From assembly GCA_019828565.1 (NCBI GenBank), contig JAHDYR010000009.1, positions 186,001-250,000 of the forward strand: 64,000 nucleotides of DNA, given 5' to 3'. Shown here piece by piece: positions 22,059-32,968 of the stretch. The stretch's first letter is position 1; each line of letters begins with the position of its first letter. The position numbers were made by a program, and so were the translations under genes. Origin of the DNA: Carpediemonas membranifera BICM (taxonomy: Eukaryota > Protista > Fornicata). The notes below the pieces were generated by a model. That model had not been told where the DNA came from. It did no database searches and worked only from the letters and a program-made list of their open reading frames with translations.

Positions 22059-25000
22059 CTACCCCCTCGTCTTCTTCCAAGCGAGGGAGTTGTCATGGAT
22101 GTAGCTGATAACAAATACATTGTCCCAGTTGTCGGGCCCGTATCTCTCCCAGGTGGGATTGGAATAGCCCACCCATTCTACTAAGATCTCCCGAACGCCA
22201 CGCTTGATCCGGTGTTTCCGGACGGCTTGGACTTGGAACTCTTCTGAGTCTGTCGCGGCCAATCTCCTGCCCTCATCAAGGTCAGGGACGGTGACTCTGC
22301 TGAGTCGTGACACATGCACAACCCGCACACTGTCGTCGACTAGTGAGCCTATCTCGACAGCCTTATGCTCGAGGACTCTTAGTACCTTATAGGGTCCCTT
22401 GAGGCCATGTAGCTTCGATTTGTTCACTGGCCTCTCCAGGACGAAGTCCCCTGCGCTGAGTTGAGTCGCTTCAGTGTCATCCCTAAAGTGCTCGACGGCG
22501 AGGTGCTCATCTCGAATGACCTTCACCACGTCTTCCTGAAGGCGTCGGAGGTTGTCTAGGGCCGTCTTGACGTCCCTAACCACATCAATCTTAGAGGGTG
22601 CCGCCGGCGGTGTCCTCCGCAGCTGGCCGATCTCCACGTAGCGCCCATACAGGACCTCGTTCGGCGAGAATCCTGTTGCTGTGTGGACAGCACTATTGAG
22701 GATGTGTTGAACATATGGCAGGGTCTCTTCCCACCTGCTGAAGTCGTTCAATGCCAGTGTTAGCCATCTGACGTGTCTCATGACTTCGGCGTTGCGTCGC
22801 TCTACCACACCATTCGATTGAGGGTGGTAAGGCAGTGTCCTACGGTGGAACGTGTGCATGAGTGTTACGAGCTCCGAGATGACGCTGTTCACGTACTCTG
22901 GACCGTTGTCTGACTGAATTACTGTCGGCACGCCGTGTCGGCAGGCTAGCAGCCAGAGGGCCCTTGCAGCCTGCTGGCCCGTATTGACCTCGGCAGGCAT
23001 CAGCTCAGTGTAACGACTGAACATGTCGGTCGTCACGAAGATGTAGTGGAAGCGCGACTCTCCGTGGATTGGTCCGATCGTGTCAATGGAGACGCACTCC
23101 CACGGCGCTGTCAGGCCGTCCGTGGTAGAGCTGTTCGTAGTCTGGATGAAGTCCCGCAGCCTGGTCTTTCTACAGACAATGCAGTCCTTGACATGGTTGG
23201 CAACGGCGGTAGCGCGTCCTCGCCAGAATGCCACATCCTTGAGGGAGCTCATAGTTCCTGATCGTCCACTGTGACGGCGGTGGGCGTACTGGAGGAGCTC
23301 GTCCTTCAGTTCCGTCGCGCCTTCAGGTACGATGGGAATGCCTTCGAACTTCCAGATTCCATCACGGTCTCTCGAGTAGCCAGCCCCTGACCCAGGTATC
23401 TCTCTCTCTCTCGTGCGCTGCTTGCGCCTTCATGATTCTCTCGCTCCAGCTTAGCGTCTCCCCCGCTTGGGCTTCTACCCTGGACAGCTGGTCTGCGACT
23501 TGATTGTCTCGACCCGCGATGTGGAGGATACTGAATTTGTAGTCACTCAGTATCAGAGACCACCTCATCAGCTTGTTGTTCAGGTCCCGCTTTCCCATAA
23601 GGTACATCAGATTTCTGTGATCAGATCTGATTGTGAGGTTGTGGTGCAGCTTAAACAGGGGCGACAGGTGACTGCTGGTAAGGCACGCCAGGATGGCGTA
23701 CAACTCTTGTTCGTACGTACTCCACCGCTGTTGTGTTTCACTGAAGCTCCCGGCGAAGAAGGAGACAATCTCCCACTTCTCCTCGCTCTGCTGTTGGTAA
23801 AGTACACCTCCAAACCCGGTAGCGCTGGCGTCTGTGTGCAACTCCCACTTCTTGGAAGGGTCAGGGAACGCTAGCGACACAGCCTCTTTCACCTTCAGCT
23901 TGAAATTGTCGAACGCCTGCTGGTGCTCACTCGTCCAACTGACCGGTTGTCCAGGCTGCGAGTCCTTCCTCAGGCGATTCAGGGGGGTCAGCACTCTGCT
24001 GGAGTCGTCCACAAAGCGCGACACGTAGTTAAGGGAGCCTAGCGTCCGCTCTAAGGCCTTGTAGTTGGTCGGCGGTGGCATGTCTAGCACTGCCTCGATA
24101 CGCGATGGGGCTAGTCGTTGCCCTTGCGCGTCCAGTATGTACCCCACGACCTCAGCTTCGGCTGCCCCTATCGTGCATTTCGGCGCCTTGAGTCGCAAGT
24201 TGGATTCGTCAGTTCTCTGGAAGACCCTCTCAAGGATCTCTAAGAACTCTTCCTTCGAACGAGCGTAAACGAAGATATCGTCGATGTATACTGAGGTCCC
24301 CTTGTGTAGCAGTGGGGCATACACCCTGTCCATCTCCCGCTGGAAGCGGGATGGGGCATTGGTTAGCCCGAACGGGCAGCGCAAGAACTCCATGTAGTTG
24401 TCCGGGGTGATGAACGCTGTCTTATGTACGTCCTCCTCCGCCATGGAGAGCTGGTAGTACCCTTGACGCAAGTCAAGTGTCGCGTAGTACTTGCACCCTG
24501 CGGCCTCTCGCACGAACTCCTGGATGTTCGGCAGAGGGTAGTGGTCCTTCACTGTGATAGCGTTCAGACTCTTATAGTCTATGCATAATCGGATCTTGTC
24601 AGACCCCTTGTGTCCACCCGACACTACTACGACTGGGGAGGCAAACGGTCCGACACTCGGTCGCACTATCTCCTCCTTCTCCAGTCTTGCCACCTCCTCT
24701 TCCACTAGATGCCTCTTCTGAGCGTTCAAGGGGCGCGGGCCCACTCGAACTGTGGTGTCCTCAGTCAGCTCTATGGTCATAGGCTTCAGACCGTTGCTCT
24801 CCGGGAGGTGTGGGTCGAATATCTGCGCGTATTTCTCCGCTAGAGTTCTTATCTCGCCAGCTATCTCGGAGTCTGGGATGTTGATGAGGCTGACCTGGTC
24901 ACTGCCTTCGTCCTCCACTGCACAAGCGAGGTACGGGTGGTCGAGCGCGATATCGTCGTCGCCGTCAGTCGCCTGCGAGGGCGTCTGCGGCTTATATATG

Positions 25001-26317
25001 TGTAGGCCTTCGTCGCTGAGCAGCCCGAGGGCTCTGAGAGCGCTACATCCGAGGAGCATGCGTCCCGATCCTGGGATCACAAGCATTCGGATCGTGACAA
25101 TCAGGACGCGCGGTCCGATGTCTGGTAAGGTGATCGTGAGCTCTACGGCTGTCTTTCCTGTCACGATGGCCCCTCCCGCGACTCTTACTCTAAAGGTCGG
25201 ACATGGGATTGTCTTGATGCCTGGGTCGTTCTCCTTCATCTCTCGTAGTGTGTTCTCGGGGATGAACGGATGAGTGGCCCCAGTGTCCACGACCATGATA
25301 TAGTCTCTGCCATTTACAATGGCCTTCGTCGTCAGCGCCTCGTCTCCTGCCTCCATTGCTTCGAAGGGTGCAAGGGTGTGGTCGCCGGTTCTCTTTGGGT
25401 ACGTCTTCAACGGCGGGGCACTACGCTTATTGGACTCTGGCTTGTTGACGCTGAGAGTGGGACACAGATTGTCGTAATGCATCTGTCCGCAGTGCCGGCA
25501 AGGGCGCATCTTTCTCTTGCCAGGCAGCACCGTGGAGGGCGTCTCTGATTTCTGGGTCTGTGGCGCGCTGCCCTTAAGACTGATGTTGTTATTAGGAGGC
25601 TCGCCCCCGCCGCTCGGGTCGGGGGTTGGGTGAGCCTCCTCGGCCTTGGCAACAGCACGTGCCACCGCAACCAGAGAGGTAAGAGTCTTGGCCTCGCAGA
25701 GCTTGGACTCTAGATCAAGGCGCTCAAAGAGTGCCTTAGGCTTGATTCGCTTAAGGAAGATCTCCCGTGCAACCTTATCGAACTTGTCGGCGCGGAGGCG
25801 CGCGGCCTCTGCCACCGTGAACTGACGTTGGACCGTACGCTTCTTAGCGGTACCGTCTTCGTCGATAAAAAGCCTCTTCGGCGGACTTAAGACCGTAAAG
25901 AGGGATCATGGCTCGAGTCGCGTCGTCATTGAGGGCGACGGTCTCGGCGAGCTCAGCAAGCTCCATGAAGTCAGCGATGAACTCGCGCACGCAAGTGGTG
26001 AGTGGGAGTTTGCTGATCGCTGTAGTGGAGCACTGAAGCTGCTTAAGCTGAGTTTTGAGGGCGCTCAAGCTCTTCGGCATGGACTCCTTCGTGAGGAAGT
26101 CGAAGACTTGTTCTTCGGAGAGATCTTCGGCTCTCTTGAGGCCGTAATGAATCTCAATCTCCTTTTGAAGGGAATCGCACAGTAGTAGAGCTATCTTGAA
26201 GTCAGGATGGCGCGTCTTAAAGACTCTCACTTCACGCTTGAAGGCACGAACGCGTTTTTGCGTAAGATCCTTTGCTTCGATGCTAGGGAATGAATAATCG
26301 ATGCTCAAGCTTACCAT
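22059..26317 (-). CDS. Gag-Pol polyprotein of element 2, split by two frameshifts (pieces 25844-26317, 23362-25815, 22059-23252)
   Basis: CRHCGQMHYDNLC knuckle, VVDTGA protease, YIDD RT, HTDAS RNase H, integrase IDTIGP/SDNG/VER, chromodomain EEFQV...VEWVGYSNPTWE. The shifts lie in an A5 run (25867-25871) and a (TC)7 tract (23399-23412). Confidence 0.93.
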
Positions 26318-26336
26318 TAAGCAAAGTAATTACTTA

Positions 26337-26406
26337 TGCGGCGGCAAACGGAATTCTCTTTACATAAACTGCACTGACTCGAGCGCCGTCGTGTGTTACC
26401 ACAACA
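26337..26406 (-). repeat. 5' LTR of element 2 (70 bp)
   Basis: Identical to 21987-22056. Confidence 0.96.
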
Positions 26407-27128
26407 CGCTGGTCTACCGCAGTCAGGTGTTCGTCCAGCCCAGAGCGCGGGAATCATTGCGCAGGACGATGATGTGGCCTTATTGTACATATAGGCATTC
26501 AAAAACATATGAAGCACCTCCAATTATCAGTACAGCACGAGTTTTGTCGACTCTTCTTTTCCGAACAATTAGTTCTTTGCCAAATGAGGCCAGTACTTTG
26601 CTTCCCAGTGACCGACTGACTATCCTTTTTGATAAGATGCACTGACATCTGCTGCTGACAGGGACGTGCCCATGTCAAAACTTGCAGTTTGCTTGGGTTC
26701 GCCGAGAAACTTGCAACCAAAACTGATGATTTTCCTAATCAAACCTCTTTGATTGTTCTTGTCGTGATTTATTCTGCTAGTCTGCTGTTTCGGATTCTTC
26801 CTGACAGCCTGCTAGTTCTATTGACCGCTTTGTGCTCTTTCACCTTTTATGCTTTCAAGTCTTGTGTTTCTGGGTGTCTGTGCGTTCTTGTTACGGTCTG
26901 GTGCTGCCGGGACATGCGAGGGAATTCTCTCGTCGGTCCCAGAAGCTCCACGCTCTGACTTGACCGCCCGATGCCTTCTCAATGGTTCTCCAGGTGCTCC
27001 AAAAGGGCATTTCTGCAACTCTGGACAACAATCCTCAACTTCTGTTTCTTCAATGCAAGAGCCAGAGTTTTTTGGATGACGCTTGAGTTATACCAGTCAC
27101 AGTCTGGCCCTTTCCTTGTGTGGAATCT
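26407..27128. repeat. Last satellite unit; array border at 27128
   Basis: The unit resumes exactly at the TSD and ends at GTGTGGAATCT. Confidence 0.96.
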
Positions 27129-27355
27129 CCTGCCAGCAAATCTCCTAGATGATTGAGTTCTGAAAATCATTTTGAATTCCGCCATGCACCGAGCTGAAGA
27201 GCTACAGTCGGCAGATCTCCTCGATCGTTAGCGCCTGGGTAGCCCTAACGATTAAGCTAATCTCCCGGTGATACCGTCTCGCGATTCAGAGTATCGCATT
27301 TCGTTTATGATTTCTTGCAAATCGCTCAACTCGTCCGCCCACCACCTTTTTACAA

Positions 27356-28531
27356 CTACTGCACTGGCGCGACAGACTTCGTCCCACGCCGTGTATCCTT
27401 CTCCTTCTTCGACTTCTGCGTCATCTCCAGAATGACCATCTCTAGCCGCTTGACCTCAAGCTGCGCCAGCCGGAGCTCACGCTGCATATTCCCCAGAAGC
27501 CCATTCTTCCGCGTGAGATCTTCACTCATTAGTGACAAAGCTGCACTCTGCTCCGAGATACGGCGGTCACGGCTCGAGATCTCGTCCCGCAGTGAGTTCA
27601 TCACATTCATCTCCCGGCTGTACTGTTGCACCCAACCGTGTTTCCACTGCTCAATCATCGAGTTGATATGGGATACGGGGATCGGATCTGGCCTGTGGGT
27701 ATCAGTTGAGATCATCAAACTCGAATCAGCCCAAGTTGGCATGAAAGTGTATCTTGCAGTCAAGATGGGATCCTCAATAAACCCGTTCCGACTGAAGAAC
27801 GGCACTGCGTCGATTCCTGCGAACACGATGAGCGTATCTCCACTCGTCTGGTCGATCAAATCCTTCAGAGTCACGACGAGTCGTCTCCCGAGCCCTAGCT
27901 GCTGGAATCTGGTACGCACACCGAGCAACGACAGCTGGTAGAGCTTTTCCTTAGGCACCAGGGTGTTTGGGACCAGCTCGAAAGAGATGGCAGCAACCAA
28001 TCTATCTTTGAATTTGATTGGATCCTCCAGGTCGACCGGGCCCTGGAGGTCCGACGGGAGGACCTCCCCGAAGTCCGACCTGGGGCCGCTGAACGAGGAG
28101 GTGGACTCACTCGACTCGTCTTCCGAGTCTGTGTCCTCCTCTTCGTCTTCAGGGTCAAGTTCAGTGGGGGTCTTCTCTGCACGGCGACGGGAGCGAAGGC
28201 GGTCTAGCTTGACGTCCTCCACACTGCGAAGGACCGCGAAGGTGAGGTAGTGCTCGTTTGAGAGGTATTCCCGCAGTGCTTTGTGGCCCATGTCTGGCAG
28301 GATGTGACGGTAGAGCGAGACAAGAGCCTCTTTCATCTCCAAATCATACTGAGTGGGCGTGTTGTGTGTTTGAAGCAGGTGCGTCGAAAGATGGATGTAT
28401 GCGTTCTCAAAGGGAAGAGTTAAGATGGACCCTGTGAGAAGTGTGTCAGGGCGGTGCTTCGTCGCATCCCGATCATGCCCTTGCTGCGTTTTTGTGTCTC
28501 TAAGCGTTAAACTGTAAAGGATATCGTCCAT
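27356..28531 (-). CDS. GNAT (GCN5-like) acetyltransferase with acidic insert and C-terminal coiled coil
   Basis: LLGVRTRFQQLGLGRRL (acetyl-CoA motif A) and FAGIDAVPFFSRNGF (motif B). Likely ATG at 28531 (MDDIL). Confidence 0.8.
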   Translation of the reverse strand: MDDILYSLTLRDTKTQQGHDRDATKHRPDTLLTGSILTLPFENAYIHLSTHLLQTHNTPTQYDLEMKEALVSLYRHILPDMGHKALREYLSNEHYLTFAVLRSVEDVKLDRLRSRRRAEKTPTELDPEDEEEDTDSEDESSESTSSFSGPRSDFGEVLPSDLQGPVDLEDPIKFKDRLVAAISFELVPNTLVPKEKLYQLSLLGVRTRFQQLGLGRRLVVTLKDLIDQTSGDTLIVFAGIDAVPFFSRNGFIEDPILTARYTFMPTWADSSLMISTDTHRPDPIPVSHINSMIEQWKHGWVQQYSREMNVMNSLRDEISSRDRRISEQSAALSLMSEDLTRKNGLLGNMQRELRLAQLEVKRLEMVILEMTQKSKKEKDTRRGTKSVAPVQ

Positions 28532-28850
28532 TGCGGTGAAAGCTGCAAGTATGCGCGCACTGTGAAGCGGCTTTGTATATTTCGCACACACACTCAACAC
28601 AATAACAGATTGACGACATATTCGGCTCCTTCTGCAGTTACTAACACCTAGTTTGCGCAAGAAACCATTGCCCAGTTATTCTTGCAAGCCATTTGCTTTT
28701 GCTTTGACCTCCGTCATGAGAAGAAGATGACGGAGCAGGGGGTCAGGACAGTATCACGCAGTATTGGGCACTTGTCTGACCCTTCCGAGCAGCACAGTCG
28801 TCCCGGTCTTAAGCTGCACCAACTCAAAACCAAGGACAAGGACAATCCCA

Positions 28851-31631
28851 ATGCAGAACGCTTCCTGGCGCGATCTACAGCCTGGAGAAGAAAGCAGTCT
28901 TTATTACCAGTGTGTAGAGCTGTATAACGGACTGAATTGGGCAGGTAGCTATCGTAGAGACACTCTTGCTTCATACGACCTCACTGTTGGCCGCTGCGGT
29001 GGTCTTGTGGCTATGCAGAAGAAGCGAGGCATTATGGCCGCCGCTGTTGGTTCCACGAAGCCTCATATCAAGATCAGAGCGCAGAACGGCGATGAGTTCG
29101 GCCACAGCTCATCGATTTTCCTTGACCCTGCCCACCGCGTCGCTGGAACCCACTGGACCGACGACGATAGACTCATTGTGGTGTACGACAACGGCCAGTA
29201 TGCTGTCCACGACGGCTTTACCTGCGAGGAGCTCCTTGCCCAAGACTTTAGCGAGAAGATCCAGAGCAACATCTACCGCATCACCCACGTAGCCTTCCAG
29301 GGCAACGGCTTCATCGCTGCCGTCGAGCCCAAGGTAGCCGAGCAGAAGGTGAACAACACTGTCGTCCGCCACCGCCTCAAGATTGTGTACATCGACGACA
29401 TCGACACCGCTGTCGAGTACACCGAGCTCATCAACGTCCCCAGCATCAACGTCCCCGTGACCTGTCTCACCCTCATCCCATCAGACCTGAACCCCGTCTC
29501 GGAGTCCTGCGGCTTCCTATCAACAGACGAGCAGCTCTACATCATCTCGCCGACAGGCATGGAGGCTGCACCCTCGAACCTGTCGTTCCCGGACATCGAG
29601 TTTATGTGCGCCAGCCAGGAAAAGGACGGGCGGTCCGCCCTAGCAATTGTCACCAAACGCGAAGACGACGAGCTCCAGGCCGCCCTACGCGTACTCATCG
29701 CCGACCAGTCGACCTCCACCATCCTGAGCATGGTCGCCGTCGAGTTCAACACCGGGGTCAACCCGGCCCACGCCCTCGCCCGATCTGACCTCACTGGGGT
29801 CTTCTGGTGCTCGGACCTCGCCATCGCCTTCCACTACTCCCTCGACGCACCACTGGATGACGTGTGCGATCGTGTGGTGCTCGTTGGAGTCAGGGGCCAC
29901 ACTATCGACTTCGAGTTCAACGAGACCACCCGTGTCTCCATGGAGCCCGACGGTCTCAGAGTCATTGGGGAAAACGCCCTGTATATGATCACTCAGGTGC
30001 CCGCCCCGGTGGTCAACGTCTTCCGGGTTGGGTCGGGGAAGCCCTCGGCGTCGTTGTATACGGCCGCCAAGGAGTACCACAAGAACCGGACAGACGCACA
30101 GAGTCTCCACTCAAGCACTCTGGATGCCGTCGTCGTGACGCTCAAGCCCAGTCTCACGGAGGCCATCTCGGACTGCGCCCAGAGTGCCAAGTACACATTC
30201 AAGCCAAAACTTCAGAAAAAACTGCTCCGCGGTGCCAACTTTGGGCGTGGGTTCGATCCATCCATATGCAGAGATGAGGTTGTCGCCATCGCCCGCACTC
30301 TGCGCGTCCTCAATGCCGTGACGAACCGTAACGACTCCTGCATGCCCCTGACCTTCCACCAGTTTGACGCCCTCGGCGCAGACGCCCTCGTCGCTCGTCT
30401 CATAAGGCGCCAGAAGCACTTTGTAGCATTCACAGTCTGCAAGCTGCTCCACCGTCCTCTCGACCCCGTCGTCACCGATTGGGCGATCCACAAGGTCAGG
30501 GAGGGCCATGCCGAGAACGTCCCAGAGGTCGAGCTGGTCGACCCCATTGTCAAGAAGATGTCACTCTGCCCGAACAACAGGTATCGCCCAGTCGTCGAGG
30601 AGGCGTCCACTCTGACACTCCGCACTTTAGCCCGAGCACTGATCGACTTCGAGCCGGACATCCGTGAGCGGTGCGACCTCCTCATGGACCAGGGCTTCTG
30701 GACAGAGGCCCTAGACGTCGCCCTGGAGCGGGACTCTGACATAGTCTACCACGTGGTGCTCTGCGCCAAGAGACATTTCGTCCCCCGCACCAAGGAGAAT
30801 GAGATGACGAGCATGGAGCAGGCACGTTTCAACGAGGGGCTCGAGCAGCTCTTCAACATCATCAACGTGCCTGGAGCCCGCCATCTGTTCCTGAACTACT
30901 GCCGGATGCACAACCTCGACTTGTCCTACCACTTTAGTAAGCTCATCAAGTCGCCCGGGCTCGTCGCTGAGTCGATTATCGCGGGTGCGTACGGTCAGGC
31001 AGATATCGACGGTCGTATCTCGTATCTAGAAGGGGCTGCCAAGTACTCGAACTCCGTCGGCGACGGCCAGTTCACCGCCTCTACGAAACAGGAGATCCAG
31101 CTCCTTAAACTGCGGCAAAAACTCTCGGGCGACCTGGAAATGAGGTTTATGCCCGGTGACCCAGGCCCCTCCCAGCGCACGGGCTCCGTCTTTGACACGG
31201 TCTACACGCTTGTCCGCAACGGCAAGGACAAGGAGGCCAACACCGTGCGGAAGGAGATGAAGATGGATGAACGCCTGTGGTACCACGCGAACCTCCAAGC
31301 CATGAGCGCAGAGGAGCGTTGGGGGGACCTGTTCAAGTTCTTCAACTCCGGCCGGAGTCCGATCGGGGTCAGACCGTTTTACAAGGCCTGCGTGGATGCG
31401 AACAGGATCACGGACGCACTCATGTACGTCCCCCGTATCGGGGACCCCGTGGAGAGGGTTAAGGCACTCATAACATGCGGTGATTACAGCAAGGTCAGCG
31501 AGGAGTGTGCTAACTTGAGGCCAGAGACTATCCGGGATCAGATTCTGCCTCATGTGAGTGATCCGGTTGCCGTGAGGACGCTGCATGCCGTCATCAACAA
31601 GCTGGTGGAGCTCAAGGCGGGGAGGAAGTAG
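28851..31631 (+). CDS. VPS16: Vacuolar protein sorting 16 (HOPS/CORVET core)
   Basis: ~926 aa. N-terminal W..L...YY..ELY motif; EPDGLRVI; KKLLRGANFG; LRVLNAV...MPLTFHQF; SPIGVRPFYKAC. Confidence 0.9.
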   Translation: MQNASWRDLQPGEESSLYYQCVELYNGLNWAGSYRRDTLASYDLTVGRCGGLVAMQKKRGIMAAAVGSTKPHIKIRAQNGDEFGHSSSIFLDPAHRVAGTHWTDDDRLIVVYDNGQYAVHDGFTCEELLAQDFSEKIQSNIYRITHVAFQGNGFIAAVEPKVAEQKVNNTVVRHRLKIVYIDDIDTAVEYTELINVPSINVPVTCLTLIPSDLNPVSESCGFLSTDEQLYIISPTGMEAAPSNLSFPDIEFMCASQEKDGRSALAIVTKREDDELQAALRVLIADQSTSTILSMVAVEFNTGVNPAHALARSDLTGVFWCSDLAIAFHYSLDAPLDDVCDRVVLVGVRGHTIDFEFNETTRVSMEPDGLRVIGENALYMITQVPAPVVNVFRVGSGKPSASLYTAAKEYHKNRTDAQSLHSSTLDAVVVTLKPSLTEAISDCAQSAKYTFKPKLQKKLLRGANFGRGFDPSICRDEVVAIARTLRVLNAVTNRNDSCMPLTFHQFDALGADALVARLIRRQKHFVAFTVCKLLHRPLDPVVTDWAIHKVREGHAENVPEVELVDPIVKKMSLCPNNRYRPVVEEASTLTLRTLARALIDFEPDIRERCDLLMDQGFWTEALDVALERDSDIVYHVVLCAKRHFVPRTKENEMTSMEQARFNEGLEQLFNIINVPGARHLFLNYCRMHNLDLSYHFSKLIKSPGLVAESIIAGAYGQADIDGRISYLEGAAKYSNSVGDGQFTASTKQEIQLLKLRQKLSGDLEMRFMPGDPGPSQRTGSVFDTVYTLVRNGKDKEANTVRKEMKMDERLWYHANLQAMSAEERWGDLFKFFNSGRSPIGVRPFYKACVDANRITDALMYVPRIGDPVERVKALITCGDYSKVSEECANLRPETIRDQILPHVSDPVAVRTLHAVINKLVELKAGRK

Positions 31632-31883
31632 GTTTGTAGGATTAAAGCGTTGTTTCCTTTGGTGTCGGGGATCATGGGGTCGCGTCGGGGAGTCGGGCTC
31701 GCACGTATTGATGGAGATTGATGGAGATCGTGGGCTGAGGGCACGATGGACCTGGGTCCGCACTGCCTGGAAGCGGCGAACATTGATGTTGGCGGTGTTC
31801 TGCATGTGGGACTGCCAATGTACCTCAGTTGCCCACAGACCTTGCCTGTCGTTCCACCGGCTAAGCTGCGATCAGACAAAAAA

Positions 31884-32834
31884 ATGTCGACAGCGACGCC
31901 AGCGTTGTCCGATGAGAAGCTACAGAGCACAGTGAAGCGGCTTAAAGCGCTAGTAGTCAAGCTGAATGAAAAATGCGACCAACTGAAGGCTGAGAACACC
32001 TATTTAACGACATCACTGGCCACGGCCGACGGGTCGCTTGAAACTGTCTCATCAGAGCGCGATGAACTTGTAGAGGAGAATAAGAAGCAGCGTGAACAGT
32101 TAGGTTCGCTTCAGACAGAGTTGGAGACATCACGATCATCAATCGTCACGCTCGAAACCACTCTTGCCGAGCTACGCGCCGAGTTCGCCGCCCATAAGGA
32201 GCAGACGAACCAGCTGCTCCAAACCATGTCCATGGACGTCGCTGAGCCATCAATAATCCCCGACCCCGACGCCGAAGACTTCGAGCTCGACCGTGCCCGC
32301 GAGGACAACGCCGGCCTGCTCATCGAGATCGGCCAGCTGAGAGAGCAACTGGCGAATTGCAGTAGAGAACGTGGCATGCTTAACGAGGAGCTGAGTGCCG
32401 CCCATGAGCGTGTCGTTGGGCTCAGACGGGAGGCGGTCGGGCTCAGGAAGGCAGACAGGGACGCCAGGAGAGAGCTCGCCGCGGTACGGGAGGAGCTTGC
32501 CCGGGCGAACCACGGGGTCCAACCGACTGCGGATGGCCCCGCCCCACGGCCCGCAGACGAGGAGACTGTTGACCAGCCGAGGATGGATGCACTGTCGGGG
32601 GAGCTGGCCGAGCTGAGGGATATGTACGCGCACGCATGCGAGCAGCTGGCGTACTTCAAGAACGAGAGTAGACAGGATAGTGCAGACGTCGCGAGGGCAC
32701 GACACATCCGGAGCCTAGTCCTGGCCTTCCTCTGTGGGGCAGACAGCCGCACGGTGGTCCCGGTACTGTGCAACCTGCTCTCACTCACTGAGGATGAGCG
32801 GGCAAAGGTGCGTGCTGCCAGGCATGGCGTGTAA
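31884..32834 (+). CDS. Coiled-coil golgin with C-terminal GRIP-like domain
   Basis: Long heptad region; C-terminal HIRSLVLAFL...VVPVLCNLLSLTEDE matches the GRIP pattern. Confidence 0.7.
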   Translation: MSTATPALSDEKLQSTVKRLKALVVKLNEKCDQLKAENTYLTTSLATADGSLETVSSERDELVEENKKQREQLGSLQTELETSRSSIVTLETTLAELRAEFAAHKEQTNQLLQTMSMDVAEPSIIPDPDAEDFELDRAREDNAGLLIEIGQLREQLANCSRERGMLNEELSAAHERVVGLRREAVGLRKADRDARRELAAVREELARANHGVQPTADGPAPRPADEETVDQPRMDALSGELAELRDMYAHACEQLAYFKNESRQDSADVARARHIRSLVLAFLCGADSRTVVPVLCNLLSLTEDERAKVRAARHGV

Positions 32835-32968
32835 GCATGGGTAGGGCGAGGTTTATAGCGATTGCTGAGGCCATTAAAGACGTAAACGCCTATTGGACGC
32901 GAGAGTTGGGTCGGGCGAGCATTTACGTCCAATGTAAACGACAAGGTTTGCCGACAACAACGAAAACG

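Larger units (their letters stand above)
21987..26406 (-). mobile_element. Complete Ty3/gypsy chromovirus-type LTR retrotransposon 2 (4420 bp)
   Basis: Identical 70-bp TG...CA LTRs; 4-bp TSD CGCT (21983-21986 and 26407-26410); polypurine tract GGAAGAAGACGAGGGGGTAGAG next to the 3' LTR; gag-PR-RT-RH-IN-chromo order. Confidence 0.97.

Noticed and set aside
1-27128. CRISPR-like array
   Set aside because: Units are 730 bp and wholly identical with no unique spacers; there are no cas genes and the context is eukaryotic.
82-27156. Dozens of repeated 60-120 aa ORFs in the satellite
   Set aside because: Mostly non-ATG starts, overlapping frames, no domains, and freely shifted by indels; they are by-products of the repeat.
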